Source: a virus. Taken from it: a stretch of 64,000 nt of DNA. The notes beneath the pieces are model-generated. The model was not told the origin of the DNA, did no database searches, and was given only the letters and a program-made list of their open reading frames with translations. Positions within the stretch are counted from its first letter, which is position 1. Each line of letters starts with the position of its first letter. The stretch is taken from positions 1 through 64,000 of IMG/VR virus record IMGVR_UViG_3300032326_002451. The stretch is one strand, 5' to 3'. Below are positions 51,301-59,704 of the stretch, piece by piece. The translations under genes were made by a program, and so were the position numbers.

Positions 51301-53871
51301 GACACAGGAAGACTGACCTTAGACATAAGATTCTTAGTAAGTCTTATCATTGATGATTCGCTATCTATGCAAGTCTCAGCATCTAATTCTAATTATGAAG
51401 AAAAAATATTAGAATTGCTTACTAATATAAAAGATAGAACCATAAAGTCAGTATCATCTGAAAACCAAGAATTCACTGCTTATGATTTGTGGCTTGCAGA
51501 TACAATAACAAACCACAAGACAAAACCAGGATTTGTAAGAAGCCTTTCTCAAATTGAAAATTATATAAATAATTTAAATCAAGAAGGAATAAATACTGAT
51601 TTATATTCTGCAATTGATATAGCTTCTGTGGGCATGAATCCAGCTGCTGTAAATGATTTATATATAAAATTAAATGATGAAACAAATAATGTTTTAAGAT
51701 CTGAAATAGTCCTTGACTATTTATCTCAAAACACAAGACTTAGACTCAATGACTTGACACTGCAATATCAGAGTGAGACAATTATAAATGATTGGGATGA
51801 AACAGAAGCTGGTATTACGACAAGCGAAACCGCAAGAAATTTGATGCTTGATAGATTTTCAAGCACCTATATACCCTTGATGATTGTTGTAACTGATGGT
51901 GAAAACATAACTTACACTAATATTGATGGAATTCTAAAGAATACAGAATTGTTCTGGAACAATCAAGGTTTTGATGTTCTTGTTTTTGGATTATCTGGGT
52001 CTGATTTTCAAACAAGTTTAATTCATTTGACTCAAAATGGTGGCTATTATTTTAGCCTTGAAAATGATACAGATTGGGATAACGTAATTGATTTACTATT
52101 GCATGGTGGTAATAAGTCTTTATTCAAGGGGTCCTGGAGCAAAGAATATTATTACGACGTTCCAAAATACATAAAATCAGTATATGCTGATTACACATAT
52201 AGTACAGGTCAACTTTATGATAGCGAGTGTACAGTTGAGTTCAGATATTCTGAAGATTACTTAAATTTTACCAGCTGGATATCTTTATCTTCTACTACAT
52301 CTTATTCTATTGATAAAAAAATAACAAATATAGAATACAGAATTAACATGACTGAAGGATGGACTGGTTCAGCTATAGTTACACCATATGTTTCTTCGCT
52401 TTATCATATAGAAGTTGAGCCATCAGAAAAAATATTATTCAGTAATGAAATCACAACAAATGGTTACTTAAATGAATATATATTGACTTCAAACGAAGAT
52501 GAATACGAAACTGCTAAATTTGAGTGGGGAATTGTAAGAGGAAACAGCACTAATTGGAATAATTTTGAAAAAATTGTAGTTGGAAAGAACTCTGTCTTAG
52601 CACAAAGACAAAAAACAATTCAAAATACCAATGAAGTAAATTATAATGGCCTTATTGCAATCAGTATAGATAATGGTTACATAAAATACCAAATTTATAA
52701 AGACGGAGAAATTTTCAAGTGGGATACAAATGCTACCATAGATGTTTTTGTTTCTGGAACTTTGATTTCTCAAAATTTTTATAGATATGATAATAATCTT
52801 GGACTTATTACTTTTGATAGTCCATTGTCAAGTCAAGACACTGTAATTGTTAATATTGTTTTACTTTCTTCAGATTACATATCTTTCGGAGAAAATACCA
52901 CTACGAATGATTACAAAACATATCATGCAGAAAATGGTTCATGGATTAATGATGAGGACATTGTAGTTTATGTAAACAATGAAATTCAAAGAGGCAACTA
53001 CGATCTTGATTCATTTTCTGGTGCAGTGGTTTTCAATAAATATCTAAATTCTACCGACAAAGTAAACATATTTGTAAAATTGTCCAATTCTTTTAGAATT
53101 GCAGTTAAAATTTATGATTATGATACGTCAGTTTCAAAACCTATAGATTTTGCATTGACATATACAACTTTGAATAATCTGAATAAAGTTTCAGAGTATA
53201 GAAATTATGCTCTACCAAGTATAGTTGATAATAAAATAACTTTAAAATCTACACTTATTACTGATAGTAATGGAGTTTCTATTAAGTATCCGATTTATGT
53301 CGAGTATGTATATGATAGCTCTGATGGATCTTCTGAAAAATCTACGAACATTTACTGGTTCAGAACAAGAAGTGGTACTACCACACAAATTAATGTAACT
53401 AACCTATTGCCAAATTATGACAATAGAGTTTTACAAAGACAATATGACCTCAATGGGCAAGATAATGTGTTTTTGTCTGGTGATGAAATATTTGTTAGGG
53501 TAGAACCCAAAAATACATTCAAGACAGGCTTGCTATATACATCTGAAATTTACACATTGTCTTCAGTTTCAAAACCATACACTGTTGATGTGAAAATTAA
53601 ATCATCAACAGCAGTGGTTTCTAATGCAAGCATTGGTTCAGGAAATACTTTGACTGCGTATTACGGTTACACAGATACTGATTTGTCTACTGATTCATCA
53701 ATTGTGACTTGGTATGATTGGTCAACAGGAACAAGAGTGGAAATTTCTACAGGAAATACATTAGATTCATCTTTTGTTATTGCTGGTAAAATTATTTCAT
53801 TTGTAGTTCTTCCTTTCAATGGAGTTACATACGGAGATCAAGTAGAGAGTGATCTTGTAGTAATAGTATAA
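45373..53871 (+). CDS. Giant tail appendage/fibre-like protein (2832 aa) with BNR propeller, vWA and C-terminal Ig-like domains
   Basis: Asp-boxes YRSLDGG, YSVNDGDNW and TKNDGNTW; MIDAS residues DDSLS...TDL...VTDGE; two Y.Y.D...S...W repeats at the C-terminus. Confidence 0.65.
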   Translation: MAQRTSKYRFVYLQYGDKWYPGHDYENMQTVENQFEYLYKFIGPSVGLGWTADLLTNYRDDQLQLISGYLSNPLGEFGKYMTSMNLNFGSSYICAAGTTNNITLSGGAPNSLDGISLASNDKILVKNQTDKTENGVYYVSTLGTGSDGTWLRSSVLDEASDFSTNFLSYVSSGSANTSTLWLASSLGSSFGSTNLYFIDAFSQCIKVFPGSGIVDVFSAKTEKPYYFRFQNANSYHVWAEPSSSLNYNNVCKIIAPNTPNINYDDTHKATYLLTAKSSLGSTLYDAPSVSEIIYGYKRKNLINESEEFQDSLTKGFLSHKHLGSLSSPSKIDLTSDVILFGSSTYNEVQRVSNSSFVLVYPDNTLFSGNFDIYGMPSVYVNDLKLSENDYRFELDTTPCKIILKNSISQNSVIRVILPIFTQKELVAIDSNGNLAGSTITSAGYVYISDGVLEDRNPNDNNAELVYRNFSWSKSKYQTPELYLNDNKINPKYYTLNNDSALLYFDDTLPNISSYTYSNLKIKLSSVGKEFTENISSSNTQDINASSFSSGTLSNSRISNLSHNFYMRYKKNCTFTASKHLITGSGSTFFYPENTISDLQFNIATYSIFSSANFGNTNVLLGTQRGLMTSSSSLTPIKLSSNFNNDLGRPKDFQDNILHPDETNYFKETYMSTLQGKLFYTKNDGNTWTEIKLPYTTAERQAIVYDFDVSTEKVQETDTSFYYKTNLYVTTDNGLYYAQIREGYTEENWDWNLVNRYVINDTINYSVDNLTSSVEIVTKNIEIIPGENDLVTYDRNLYVGSNSDQYPGLYVGTASGLEQIFYEPVNGIFWIQDGKVNTNKNNLIWWSDYDVYHTHSSKYVSNENGAYWIPPFTDTNALFSPVYAATTANVTLSGNQTIDGQFLVDGDTVLVKDQDNEEENGIYIVSSGAWTRRTDFDSSLDYETEKRVEVQNGNLYGGSLWFLVPRDSFTINVDPIIWDIYKTILYSTFQYPYATSRPKIQNVIMRNNGDNEYFIITTDSIILVNDSGVRPVLTEFPWDTPFQGTLRNALSVRTSDANGLLYAVSDRGLFVSTSYLWADKNSITQTLNLTDHWNRVDNFFLDSDTLKLFDVNSGAQNNSFSLIPQYQIVLFNTAIEKGTNYYYERSFTDFYTDPWEQSFIDDNGNTYENRVVVYIDNEPTKIPYITDPSLGLIRFTSSVDSKYLNSVQVSISANNMYLTNIGQRTHEEIFIGVGKSEPIAVLFSENSISSDSIFLNQTIDSNIKILLLENGTNREVVYVKKIDNYANPVRVDLQYARSSAGPSFIFPEGSTVYSVSDSLSSSIENDLYGLLSNETYNLASDNNVNTEKLILGLQNEIPNLFDISPAAVISQTDTRGLKNVKYVNDFENDNLFDIADSYINENIGLEYSADDPAFEVKDISSITNLSTEGIDTIVSTDKGLWKFTGGIWKSLLPSEVYRFNFVKKLTDGSYIAASENGLFIGDNSYNFTKDSLFTQDVLDLEEGLWGNEYFRVYGKRDGLLFIKSPDTSFFTSEYVSELDNVATNGIAKLSSNRIIDSVLTSYDIIFACSDIGFYGICNGINSDVFSNSLTCKKLITNNPSGVTKYFKCFTPFITPTIPANNNTSNYLFILTDDGVLRVDNWKWCDPTSSTGATFNIDQRFLQGVQCYSSTLDVSESPDNVLPGKSKIFIGTEKGVYRSLDGGLSFEPTQKFNDLFLVIHNLEIFESTYLSNSSYVTNNVLVASTNMGIWYSVNDGDNWYLSGSATDDNEYPLLITEKPSNNVKTTENIAVDGYLAQTFVTKNSASTIDKVFVMLEVNTELSSNQYYNNSVTSNTLQAFLCNLDGNGKPDMSSVLASSSNTKNPKDIVKGDFSYFNFNYSASANSNIGLVIKETLAPNSISVVSWKKSNLQNAYLNGKAFTYTSPNWSVLDSDNDNDFLFKVFYSTESTQTETIVPVGNEDGSVIGWDSGVSRGVISTDTGRLTLDIRFLVSLIIDDSLSMQVSASNSNYEEKILELLTNIKDRTIKSVSSENQEFTAYDLWLADTITNHKTKPGFVRSLSQIENYINNLNQEGINTDLYSAIDIASVGMNPAAVNDLYIKLNDETNNVLRSEIVLDYLSQNTRLRLNDLTLQYQSETIINDWDETEAGITTSETARNLMLDRFSSTYIPLMIVVTDGENITYTNIDGILKNTELFWNNQGFDVLVFGLSGSDFQTSLIHLTQNGGYYFSLENDTDWDNVIDLLLHGGNKSLFKGSWSKEYYYDVPKYIKSVYADYTYSTGQLYDSECTVEFRYSEDYLNFTSWISLSSTTSYSIDKKITNIEYRINMTEGWTGSAIVTPYVSSLYHIEVEPSEKILFSNEITTNGYLNEYILTSNEDEYETAKFEWGIVRGNSTNWNNFEKIVVGKNSVLAQRQKTIQNTNEVNYNGLIAISIDNGYIKYQIYKDGEIFKWDTNATIDVFVSGTLISQNFYRYDNNLGLITFDSPLSSQDTVIVNIVLLSSDYISFGENTTTNDYKTYHAENGSWINDEDIVVYVNNEIQRGNYDLDSFSGAVVFNKYLNSTDKVNIFVKLSNSFRIAVKIYDYDTSVSKPIDFALTYTTLNNLNKVSEYRNYALPSIVDNKITLKSTLITDSNGVSIKYPIYVEYVYDSSDGSSEKSTNIYWFRTRSGTTTQINVTNLLPNYDNRVLQRQYDLNGQDNVFLSGDEIFVRVEPKNTFKTGLLYTSEIYTLSSVSKPYTVDVKIKSSTAVVSNASIGSGNTLTAYYGYTDTDLSTDSSIVTWYDWSTGTRVEISTGNTLDSSFVIAGKIISFVVLPFNGVTYGDQVESDLVVIV

Positions 53872-53930
53872 AGGAATATATATAGATTCGTCAGGAATTT
53901 AAAAATATCTCGTTCAAAAAAGGAAATACA

Positions 53931-54854
53931 ATGGAACAAGAAATTCAGTTTCTTCCTGATGTAAAGCCAATAGAAATCGCTGATCTTATCGCTCTATCGC
54001 AAGAACAAAATTGGGGTATAGCTGCTTGCTCTATACAAGAAGCTTGGAGAGTTACTAAAGGAGCTGGAATCAGAGTCGCAGTTTTGGACACTGGTATAGC
54101 TGCTCATGATGACTTGAAAGATGCTTGGACTGAAGCATATAATTGTAGTAACGAATCATCATATGATGATATTGGGTCAGGACACGGAACTCACGTTTGC
54201 GGAATTGTTGGTGCAAGAGATAATGCTCTGGGAGTTGTTGGTGTAGCTCCTGAATGTACATTGATACCAATTAAAGTTTTGAACAATAATGGTTCTGGTA
54301 ATTTTGCAAATATTGCAGCTGGTATAAGAAAAGCTATTGAAATAAAAGCTGACATTATTACTATGAGTCTGGGTACTTCGCAAGAACCTCCAATAGATGT
54401 ACATAGAGCAATTAAGGAAGCAACCAATGCTGGAATAATTGTTTTAGCAGCAGCAGGTAATGATTCTGGAAAAACTAATTATCCTGCAAGACTTGAAGAA
54501 GTGATTGCAGTTGCAGCAATTGATGAAAGTGGGAATTACGCTCATTTTTCAAGTGGTGACGAGACAGTAGACAGTGTTGCTCCTGGAGTCAACATTTACT
54601 CTACTTTCTTGAACAATACTTATGCAAAAATGTCAGGTACAAGTCAAGCTTGCCCTTTTATAGCAGGTCTTTGTGCTTTGATATTAGCGCATAACAGAGC
54701 AAACCCAAATATTCCAAGGATAAATAATTATGTTGATATGTTAAAAGCTCTTGATTTAGTTTCAGATGAATCAAGATATATCAATACTCCTGGACAAAAG
54801 AAATGGGGATTTGGCGCTCCCAAAATTGCCAATATTGACTGGAATCAAATTTAG
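53931..54854 (+). CDS. Subtilisin-family (S8) serine protease, no signal peptide
   Basis: Catalytic motifs VLDTG, HGTHVCG, AAGND and GTSQACP. Confidence 0.95.
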   Translation: MEQEIQFLPDVKPIEIADLIALSQEQNWGIAACSIQEAWRVTKGAGIRVAVLDTGIAAHDDLKDAWTEAYNCSNESSYDDIGSGHGTHVCGIVGARDNALGVVGVAPECTLIPIKVLNNNGSGNFANIAAGIRKAIEIKADIITMSLGTSQEPPIDVHRAIKEATNAGIIVLAAAGNDSGKTNYPARLEEVIAVAAIDESGNYAHFSSGDETVDSVAPGVNIYSTFLNNTYAKMSGTSQACPFIAGLCALILAHNRANPNIPRINNYVDMLKALDLVSDESRYINTPGQKKWGFGAPKIANIDWNQI

Positions 54855-54921
54855 TTTCAAGAGCAAAGCAAAAAAACAAATGAACTTTAGCTCTTCTTTT
54901 TCATAAATGAGAGGAAGTGCT

Positions 54922-55389
54922 ATGAATCAGAAGTTTATTAAAATATTATTAATCGCTTTTGTCTTAATAATTTTTATGGTATTGAATCCATATAAAATTA
55001 TAGTCGTAAGGGGAGAATCTATGTATCCGACCTATAAAAATGGTGACATTTTATTAGGTGTGAAAAGTGAAAATTATCAAAAAGGAGATATTGTAGTTAC
55101 TAAAAATGACTACAATGAAACAATTATCAAAAGAATTACATATATGCCAGGAGAGACTTATTACACAGTTTCAAAAATTTTGGCTCATGAATGTTTTGTT
55201 GAAATGGTAGATAAAACTACATACGATAGCATAAAACACAATAGTAATTCAAAATACGTGATTGCAATTAAAGACAAAGTCCCTTTCAATCAATATTTTA
55301 TTACTGGTGATAACAAAAATAATTCTGATGACAGTAGAAGATTTGGATCTATTGAAAAGGATAAGATTCTTTATAAAATAATAAAATGA
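54922..55389 (+). CDS. lepB: Signal peptidase I (S26)
   Basis: N-terminal TM; GESMYPT (Ser), IIKRI (Lys), GDNxxNSxDSRxFG; SD supports the MNQKF start. Confidence 0.9.
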   Translation: MNQKFIKILLIAFVLIIFMVLNPYKIIVVRGESMYPTYKNGDILLGVKSENYQKGDIVVTKNDYNETIIKRITYMPGETYYTVSKILAHECFVEMVDKTTYDSIKHNSNSKYVIAIKDKVPFNQYFITGDNKNNSDDSRRFGSIEKDKILYKIIK

Positions 55390-56054
55390 TAGATGTTAAT
55401 TACTTAGAGATGTTTGTGAAGACATCTCAAACTCGCAAGAAGATTGAAGACCCAATTAAAGAGCTTACTCAAATTGGACTGCAATCTTCTTGCACTATTT
55501 TTGTCAAACATGGCAAAGGTGGACAAAATCAATGGTCCGGAAGCGGATTTCATATCGGAAATGGTATGATTGTAACTGCAAGCCATGTAGTTCCTCCAGA
55601 TCTAAGCAATTTACAGATTGATATCACTTTTGACGATCAATCTTATTATCCTGGAACAGTATACAAATCTGAGCCAAATTTCGATGCTGCTATTATTCAG
55701 TGCCCAGATGTTGCAAATAAAATACCAGCCTTGCAGTTGGGTGATTCTGAAACTTTAGAAGTAGGCGATTTAGTTGTCGTAATAAGTGCTCCAGAAGGAT
55801 TTCATGACACCGCAACATATGGCCGAGTAAGCAATACGCATATGACTTTAGGCGAAAATGCACCATCAGCAGCTTGGCAAGATTTTATTTTTATTGATGC
55901 TGATATTATGGAAGGATCATCTGGTGGTATGGTATTGGGCACAGATGGTTTAGTTTATGGTCTTGTGATGGGTGTAACAGGCCAACACGCTGAAAGTGGG
56001 TTGGGGGAAAATTCAATTTCTCCATCAAATAAAATCAAACAATTACTTTCTTAG
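55386..56054 (+). CDS. Trypsin-like (S1, HtrA-type core, no PDZ) serine protease
   Basis: Triad motifs GSGF..TASHVV, DAAII and GSSGG. Confidence 0.9.
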   Translation: MIDVNYLEMFVKTSQTRKKIEDPIKELTQIGLQSSCTIFVKHGKGGQNQWSGSGFHIGNGMIVTASHVVPPDLSNLQIDITFDDQSYYPGTVYKSEPNFDAAIIQCPDVANKIPALQLGDSETLEVGDLVVVISAPEGFHDTATYGRVSNTHMTLGENAPSAAWQDFIFIDADIMEGSSGGMVLGTDGLVYGLVMGVTGQHAESGLGENSISPSNKIKQLLS

Positions 56055-56066
56055 TATAAAACATAT

Positions 56067-57056
56067 ATGTCAGATCCTCATTCAGTGTTAGGTGTTGCAA
56101 AAAATGCAACGGCTGATGAAATTAAATCAGCATATAGAAAATTAGCAAAAAAGTATCATCCTGATGTCAATAAAGATCCTGAAGCGGAATCTAAGTTCAA
56201 GGAAGTTACAAAAGCTTACGAGGATATATTGAATCCTCAGCCTGTACAAACGCATCAAAATGTTCATCCAGGTTTCAATCCTTTTGATTTTTTTAACCAA
56301 CAATCACAACATAGATCATTAAACACTCCAATATCTGTTGCTGTAACACTTTCAGTTCAAGAGGCTTTCAAGGATGTAACAAAAACAATAAGTTATGTCA
56401 GAAATGTTTTTTGTGAAACTTGTGATGGTAAGGGTGGTTTAGGGTCAGTTAATGCTTGTACTTCATGTATGGGTTCAGGACAGCATAAAATTACATCGCA
56501 ACAAGGCTTTTTCTTTGTAGAGCAAATTTTGGGACCATGCCAAAATTGTTCTGGAAAAGGAAGGGTGTTTTCAGACCCTTGTAAAAATTGTGGAAGTTTT
56601 GGCTACAAGAACAAAGAAGAATCATTCACTATGAATATTCCAAGGGGTTCATTATTCAAATCATCTGTGGTTGCAGACTTAGGTAATCATATTGACAAAG
56701 GTCAAAAACCAGGTCCATTAATTTTAGAAATACACTTAGATCATGAACCGGGTATTAATTTTGACAGAGAATACAACATATTTATTGATAAATATATAGA
56801 TCCAATAGCTGGAATAATTGGTTTTGAAACTAAATTGAATCATCCAGATGGAACTAAGTTAAATTTGAAACTTAAAAATAAAATAACTCATGGACATATT
56901 CACAAATTGGCTAAAAGAGGATTGCCAAAATCTCAAACTGAATATGGTGATTTAAACATCAGATTTTTGTATAATATCCCTGAAGATTTATCTGATGAAG
57001 AAATAAAGAATTTGGAATCTTATTTGGAATCCAGAAGGAAGAGAGAATTATTATGA
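56067..57056 (+). CDS. dnaJ: Class A J-domain co-chaperone DnaJ
   Basis: KYHPD J-domain, four CxxCxxxG repeats, C-terminal GDL domain. Confidence 0.95.
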   Translation: MSDPHSVLGVAKNATADEIKSAYRKLAKKYHPDVNKDPEAESKFKEVTKAYEDILNPQPVQTHQNVHPGFNPFDFFNQQSQHRSLNTPISVAVTLSVQEAFKDVTKTISYVRNVFCETCDGKGGLGSVNACTSCMGSGQHKITSQQGFFFVEQILGPCQNCSGKGRVFSDPCKNCGSFGYKNKEESFTMNIPRGSLFKSSVVADLGNHIDKGQKPGPLILEIHLDHEPGINFDREYNIFIDKYIDPIAGIIGFETKLNHPDGTKLNLKLKNKITHGHIHKLAKRGLPKSQTEYGDLNIRFLYNIPEDLSDEEIKNLESYLESRRKRELL

Positions 57057-57265
57057 GCATGATTAAGAGAGCTAATGGACAGATTGAAAACTTCACTGAC
57101 GAACAAGGCAAGGAAGTACAGGCTGATAATCTCGTTTGGGCCGATGAAAAGCAGAAGAAAGAGGAAGTCGAAATCAAGGATGCTCTTGATCTCCCCACTG
57201 TTGAAGATTTGACTCTTGACCTTAATGCTCCTGAGGATGATGATGTAATAGCTAAGGATTGTTAA
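57053..57265 (+). CDS. Small acidic hypothetical protein (70 aa)
   Basis: ATGA overlap with dnaJ stop; fills the gap exactly. Confidence 0.65.
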   Translation: MSMIKRANGQIENFTDEQGKEVQADNLVWADEKQKKEEVEIKDALDLPTVEDLTLDLNAPEDDDVIAKDC

Positions 57266-57266
57266 T

Positions 57267-57713
57267 ATGGAAAAAATCTTGAATTTTTTATTGCACTCAC
57301 TTGATGGCATAACACTCTATGTAATCCTTTTTATTGTAGGATCTTTTGCTTTGTACCATTTGGCAAGACTGAAAAACCAAAGAGCTTTTTTATTTTCAAC
57401 AATTAAAATTATTTCTTCAGTGTTGGGTTCAAAGTTTGGCTCAAAAGCTGAAGGACTTCTTGAAATTTTTGTTGATGGATTGGGCAAGATTCAAGATGGT
57501 AATTTTTCTAATGATGATGTTGTAGATTGGTTTCTTAGGTATGTTAGATTATCAGCTCAACAAAAAGGCATTGTATTGACAGACGAAGATGTAAACAATT
57601 TACATACTCTGATTTCTTCAACTGTTCTTACTTTTGTAGGCACCAATTCAAAACAAATTGAGCATGCTGTGAATCAGTTTAGTGCATTTCAAACAATGTC
57701 AAACAAAAAATAA
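57267..57713 (+). CDS. Single-TM membrane protein, LL-H-holin-like
   Basis: N-terminal TM ITLYVILFIVGSFALYHLA; C-terminal KGIVLTDEDV..LISSTV resembles LL-H holins. Confidence 0.45.
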   Translation: MEKILNFLLHSLDGITLYVILFIVGSFALYHLARLKNQRAFLFSTIKIISSVLGSKFGSKAEGLLEIFVDGLGKIQDGNFSNDDVVDWFLRYVRLSAQQKGIVLTDEDVNNLHTLISSTVLTFVGTNSKQIEHAVNQFSAFQTMSNKK

Positions 57714-57736
57714 ACTTTTCAGAGAAGTTTCATTTC

Positions 57737-57769
57737 AATGCCCATGATTATCATGGGCATTCTTGTTTT
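57737..57769 (+). terminator. Perfect 25-bp palindrome / intrinsic terminator
   Basis: AATGCCCATGAT-T-ATCATGGGCATT followed by CTTGTTTT. Confidence 0.7.
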
Positions 57770-57770
57770 A

Positions 57771-57788
57771 TGATATAATAAAATTATG
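57771..57788 (+). promoter_or_regulatory. Extended -10 promoter (TGnTATAAT), probably leaderless, for the helicase
   Basis: TGATATAAT, 6 nt, then ATG; no SD. Confidence 0.6.
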
Positions 57789-59594
57789 TTTATTGTTTAT
57801 GTTTACAATGATAAATCAGTGGTATTCAATGACCAACATCCTCAAGGTAAGCTTGAAAACATGTATCAAGAGGCATTGCGATCTGAACTTGCATATGATG
57901 TTCCTGATGCAGAGTGGAGTGCCAAGTTTAAACAAGGTCAATGGGATGGAAAGATTTCCATATACAATAAGCGTGACCAATCATTTCCTACAGGCTTAAC
58001 TAATAAGGTTAAAAAATTATTTGATCTATTGAACATTGACTATAAATTTGTTGATCAAAGACAAAAACCAGATGAGAATTATCCTGTAGATGTAGATTTT
58101 GGTGGCAAAGAGCTTAGAGATTACCAATTGAGTTCTGGTGTGTTGTCAAAAAAGTTTCAGCGAGGCATGTTAGCTTTATGTACTGGAGCTGGAAAAACTA
58201 TGACTTCGTGCCAAATATTTAAGGATTTGGCTGTATCTCCAGTTGTTTTTATTGTTCCAGCCATTGAATTATTGAAACAAACTCAAAAAGAATTTGAAAA
58301 ATATCTTAGGCTTAATGGAAGTCCTGTCAAGGTTGGAATAGCTGGCGGTGGGCTATGCAACATAAATATGCAAGGTATTAATGTTATTACATACCAAACT
58401 GCCTTGAATTCTCATAACAAAAAATATGTTGAACGTGGCAATAAAATTATAGAAGATGAAAGTGGCGATGGTCAATCTAAATCTACAGCCCAGTTGCAAG
58501 CTGAATACGATCTTGCTGAAAAAAACTGGAAGAATAAACATGAACAAGCTAAAAAACAATTAGCAAAAGATTTAGTTGTTATTAAAAATCTCAAGATTGA
58601 TTTGGAAAATGAATCAGATTTACGAAAGAAAAAATCACTTTCTGTATGCTTAACAAATTTAGAGAAAGTATATGAAAAGCAACTTAACACAATAACAAAA
58701 GTTGAACTTACTGCATACAAAAAAGCTCAAGTTGCTTGGGACAAAAGACAAGATACATTATTTCAAAAATCTCTTGTAAGAGAAGTTATATCCAATTGTC
58801 AAGCTTTTATTGTAGACGAAGCTCATGTTGCATCTGTTGTTATAGAAGAATTAGGTAGATATGCTAAAAATGCTTTCTATAAACTTGGACTTTCAGGCAC
58901 TCCATGGAGAACAGATAATCAGGAAATAAGAATTGAAGGCGCTTTAGGTAGAAAAATAATTCAAGTTTCTGCAAGTGATCTTATAGAAAGAGGTTTTCTT
59001 GTTCCTCCAAAGATATTTATATGCAAGATAAACGAACAGCATCATGCAAATACTTATCCTGAAATATATACTTCTAATATAGTAAACAATTGGGAAAGAA
59101 ATTTCAGAATTAAACAATTTTCTGAGCAATTCAAATTAAAAGGAAGGCCGACATTAATTCTTGTTGAAAGAAGAGAGCATGGAGCCATTCTTGAAAGCAT
59201 GATAGAAGATGCAGTTTTCGTGCCTGGAGGAGATAAAGGTGAAGAAGACCCAACAGACGAGGAAAAGAATTACAGAAGACGGATGCTTAATGCTGTGGAA
59301 AACAATGAGATTATCCTCATTGCTACTCAATGGGCTAATGTAGGTGTCGATGCTCCAAGGATCAGTTGCTTAGTTTTGGCTGGCTCTAATCAATCTTCTG
59401 TCACAACATATCAGCAAGTGGGAAGAGTTCTAAGATGTGTTGGTAAAGATATTGAAGAGTCTATTAAAAACGGAAAGCCTGATGCAATCATTTTAGATTT
59501 TTCATCAGACCAGAAGAATTTGAAAACTCATATTAACATGAGAAAAAAAGTATATAGAAATGAAAGAGCTTGGACTTTGACAGAGCTGAAATAA
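57786..59594 (+). CDS. Superfamily 2 DEAH helicase (UvsW/XPB-like) with coiled-coil insertion
   Basis: LRDYQ, TGAGKT, DEAH, SGTP, GVDAP and QQVGRVLR motifs. Confidence 0.9.
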   Translation: MFIVYVYNDKSVVFNDQHPQGKLENMYQEALRSELAYDVPDAEWSAKFKQGQWDGKISIYNKRDQSFPTGLTNKVKKLFDLLNIDYKFVDQRQKPDENYPVDVDFGGKELRDYQLSSGVLSKKFQRGMLALCTGAGKTMTSCQIFKDLAVSPVVFIVPAIELLKQTQKEFEKYLRLNGSPVKVGIAGGGLCNINMQGINVITYQTALNSHNKKYVERGNKIIEDESGDGQSKSTAQLQAEYDLAEKNWKNKHEQAKKQLAKDLVVIKNLKIDLENESDLRKKKSLSVCLTNLEKVYEKQLNTITKVELTAYKKAQVAWDKRQDTLFQKSLVREVISNCQAFIVDEAHVASVVIEELGRYAKNAFYKLGLSGTPWRTDNQEIRIEGALGRKIIQVSASDLIERGFLVPPKIFICKINEQHHANTYPEIYTSNIVNNWERNFRIKQFSEQFKLKGRPTLILVERREHGAILESMIEDAVFVPGGDKGEEDPTDEEKNYRRRMLNAVENNEIILIATQWANVGVDAPRISCLVLAGSNQSSVTTYQQVGRVLRCVGKDIEESIKNGKPDAIILDFSSDQKNLKTHINMRKKVYRNERAWTLTELK

Positions 59595-59614
59595 ACTGCT
59601 CCATTGCAGTTTAT
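59591..59614. terminator. Hairpin between the convergent helicase and small peptide genes
   Basis: ATAAACTGC-tccatt-GCAGTTTAT. Confidence 0.55.
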
Positions 59615-59619
59615 AAAGA

Positions 59620-59691
59620 TTAGAATTCAGCTTTGAATAATGTTACAAAAATAGTGTCGAACAACTTTTCAATATCTTTCAGAATATTCAT
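59620..59691 (-). CDS. Unannotated 23-aa amphipathic peptide MNILKDIEKLFDTIFVTLFKAEF
   Basis: Perfect AAGGAGGT SD 5 nt before ATG; upstream extended -10 and downstream hairpin. Confidence 0.7.
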   Translation of the reverse strand: MNILKDIEKLFDTIFVTLFKAEF

Positions 59692-59704
59692 AGATTACCT
59701 CCTT

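Noticed and set aside
58405-58800. Helicase insertion as an intein (ends ...VISN-C)
   Set aside because: Helical Lys/Glu-rich sequence with no intein block A or block B (TxxH) motifs, unlike the beta-rich Hint fold
3026-59129. Many 60-135-aa ORFs in the track that are antisense to, or out of frame within, long genes (e.g. 3026-3433, 17872-18225, 40769-41110, 57763-57999)
   Set aside because: Overlap well-supported genes for all or most of their length, lack SD or recognisable motifs, and are expected shadow ORFs
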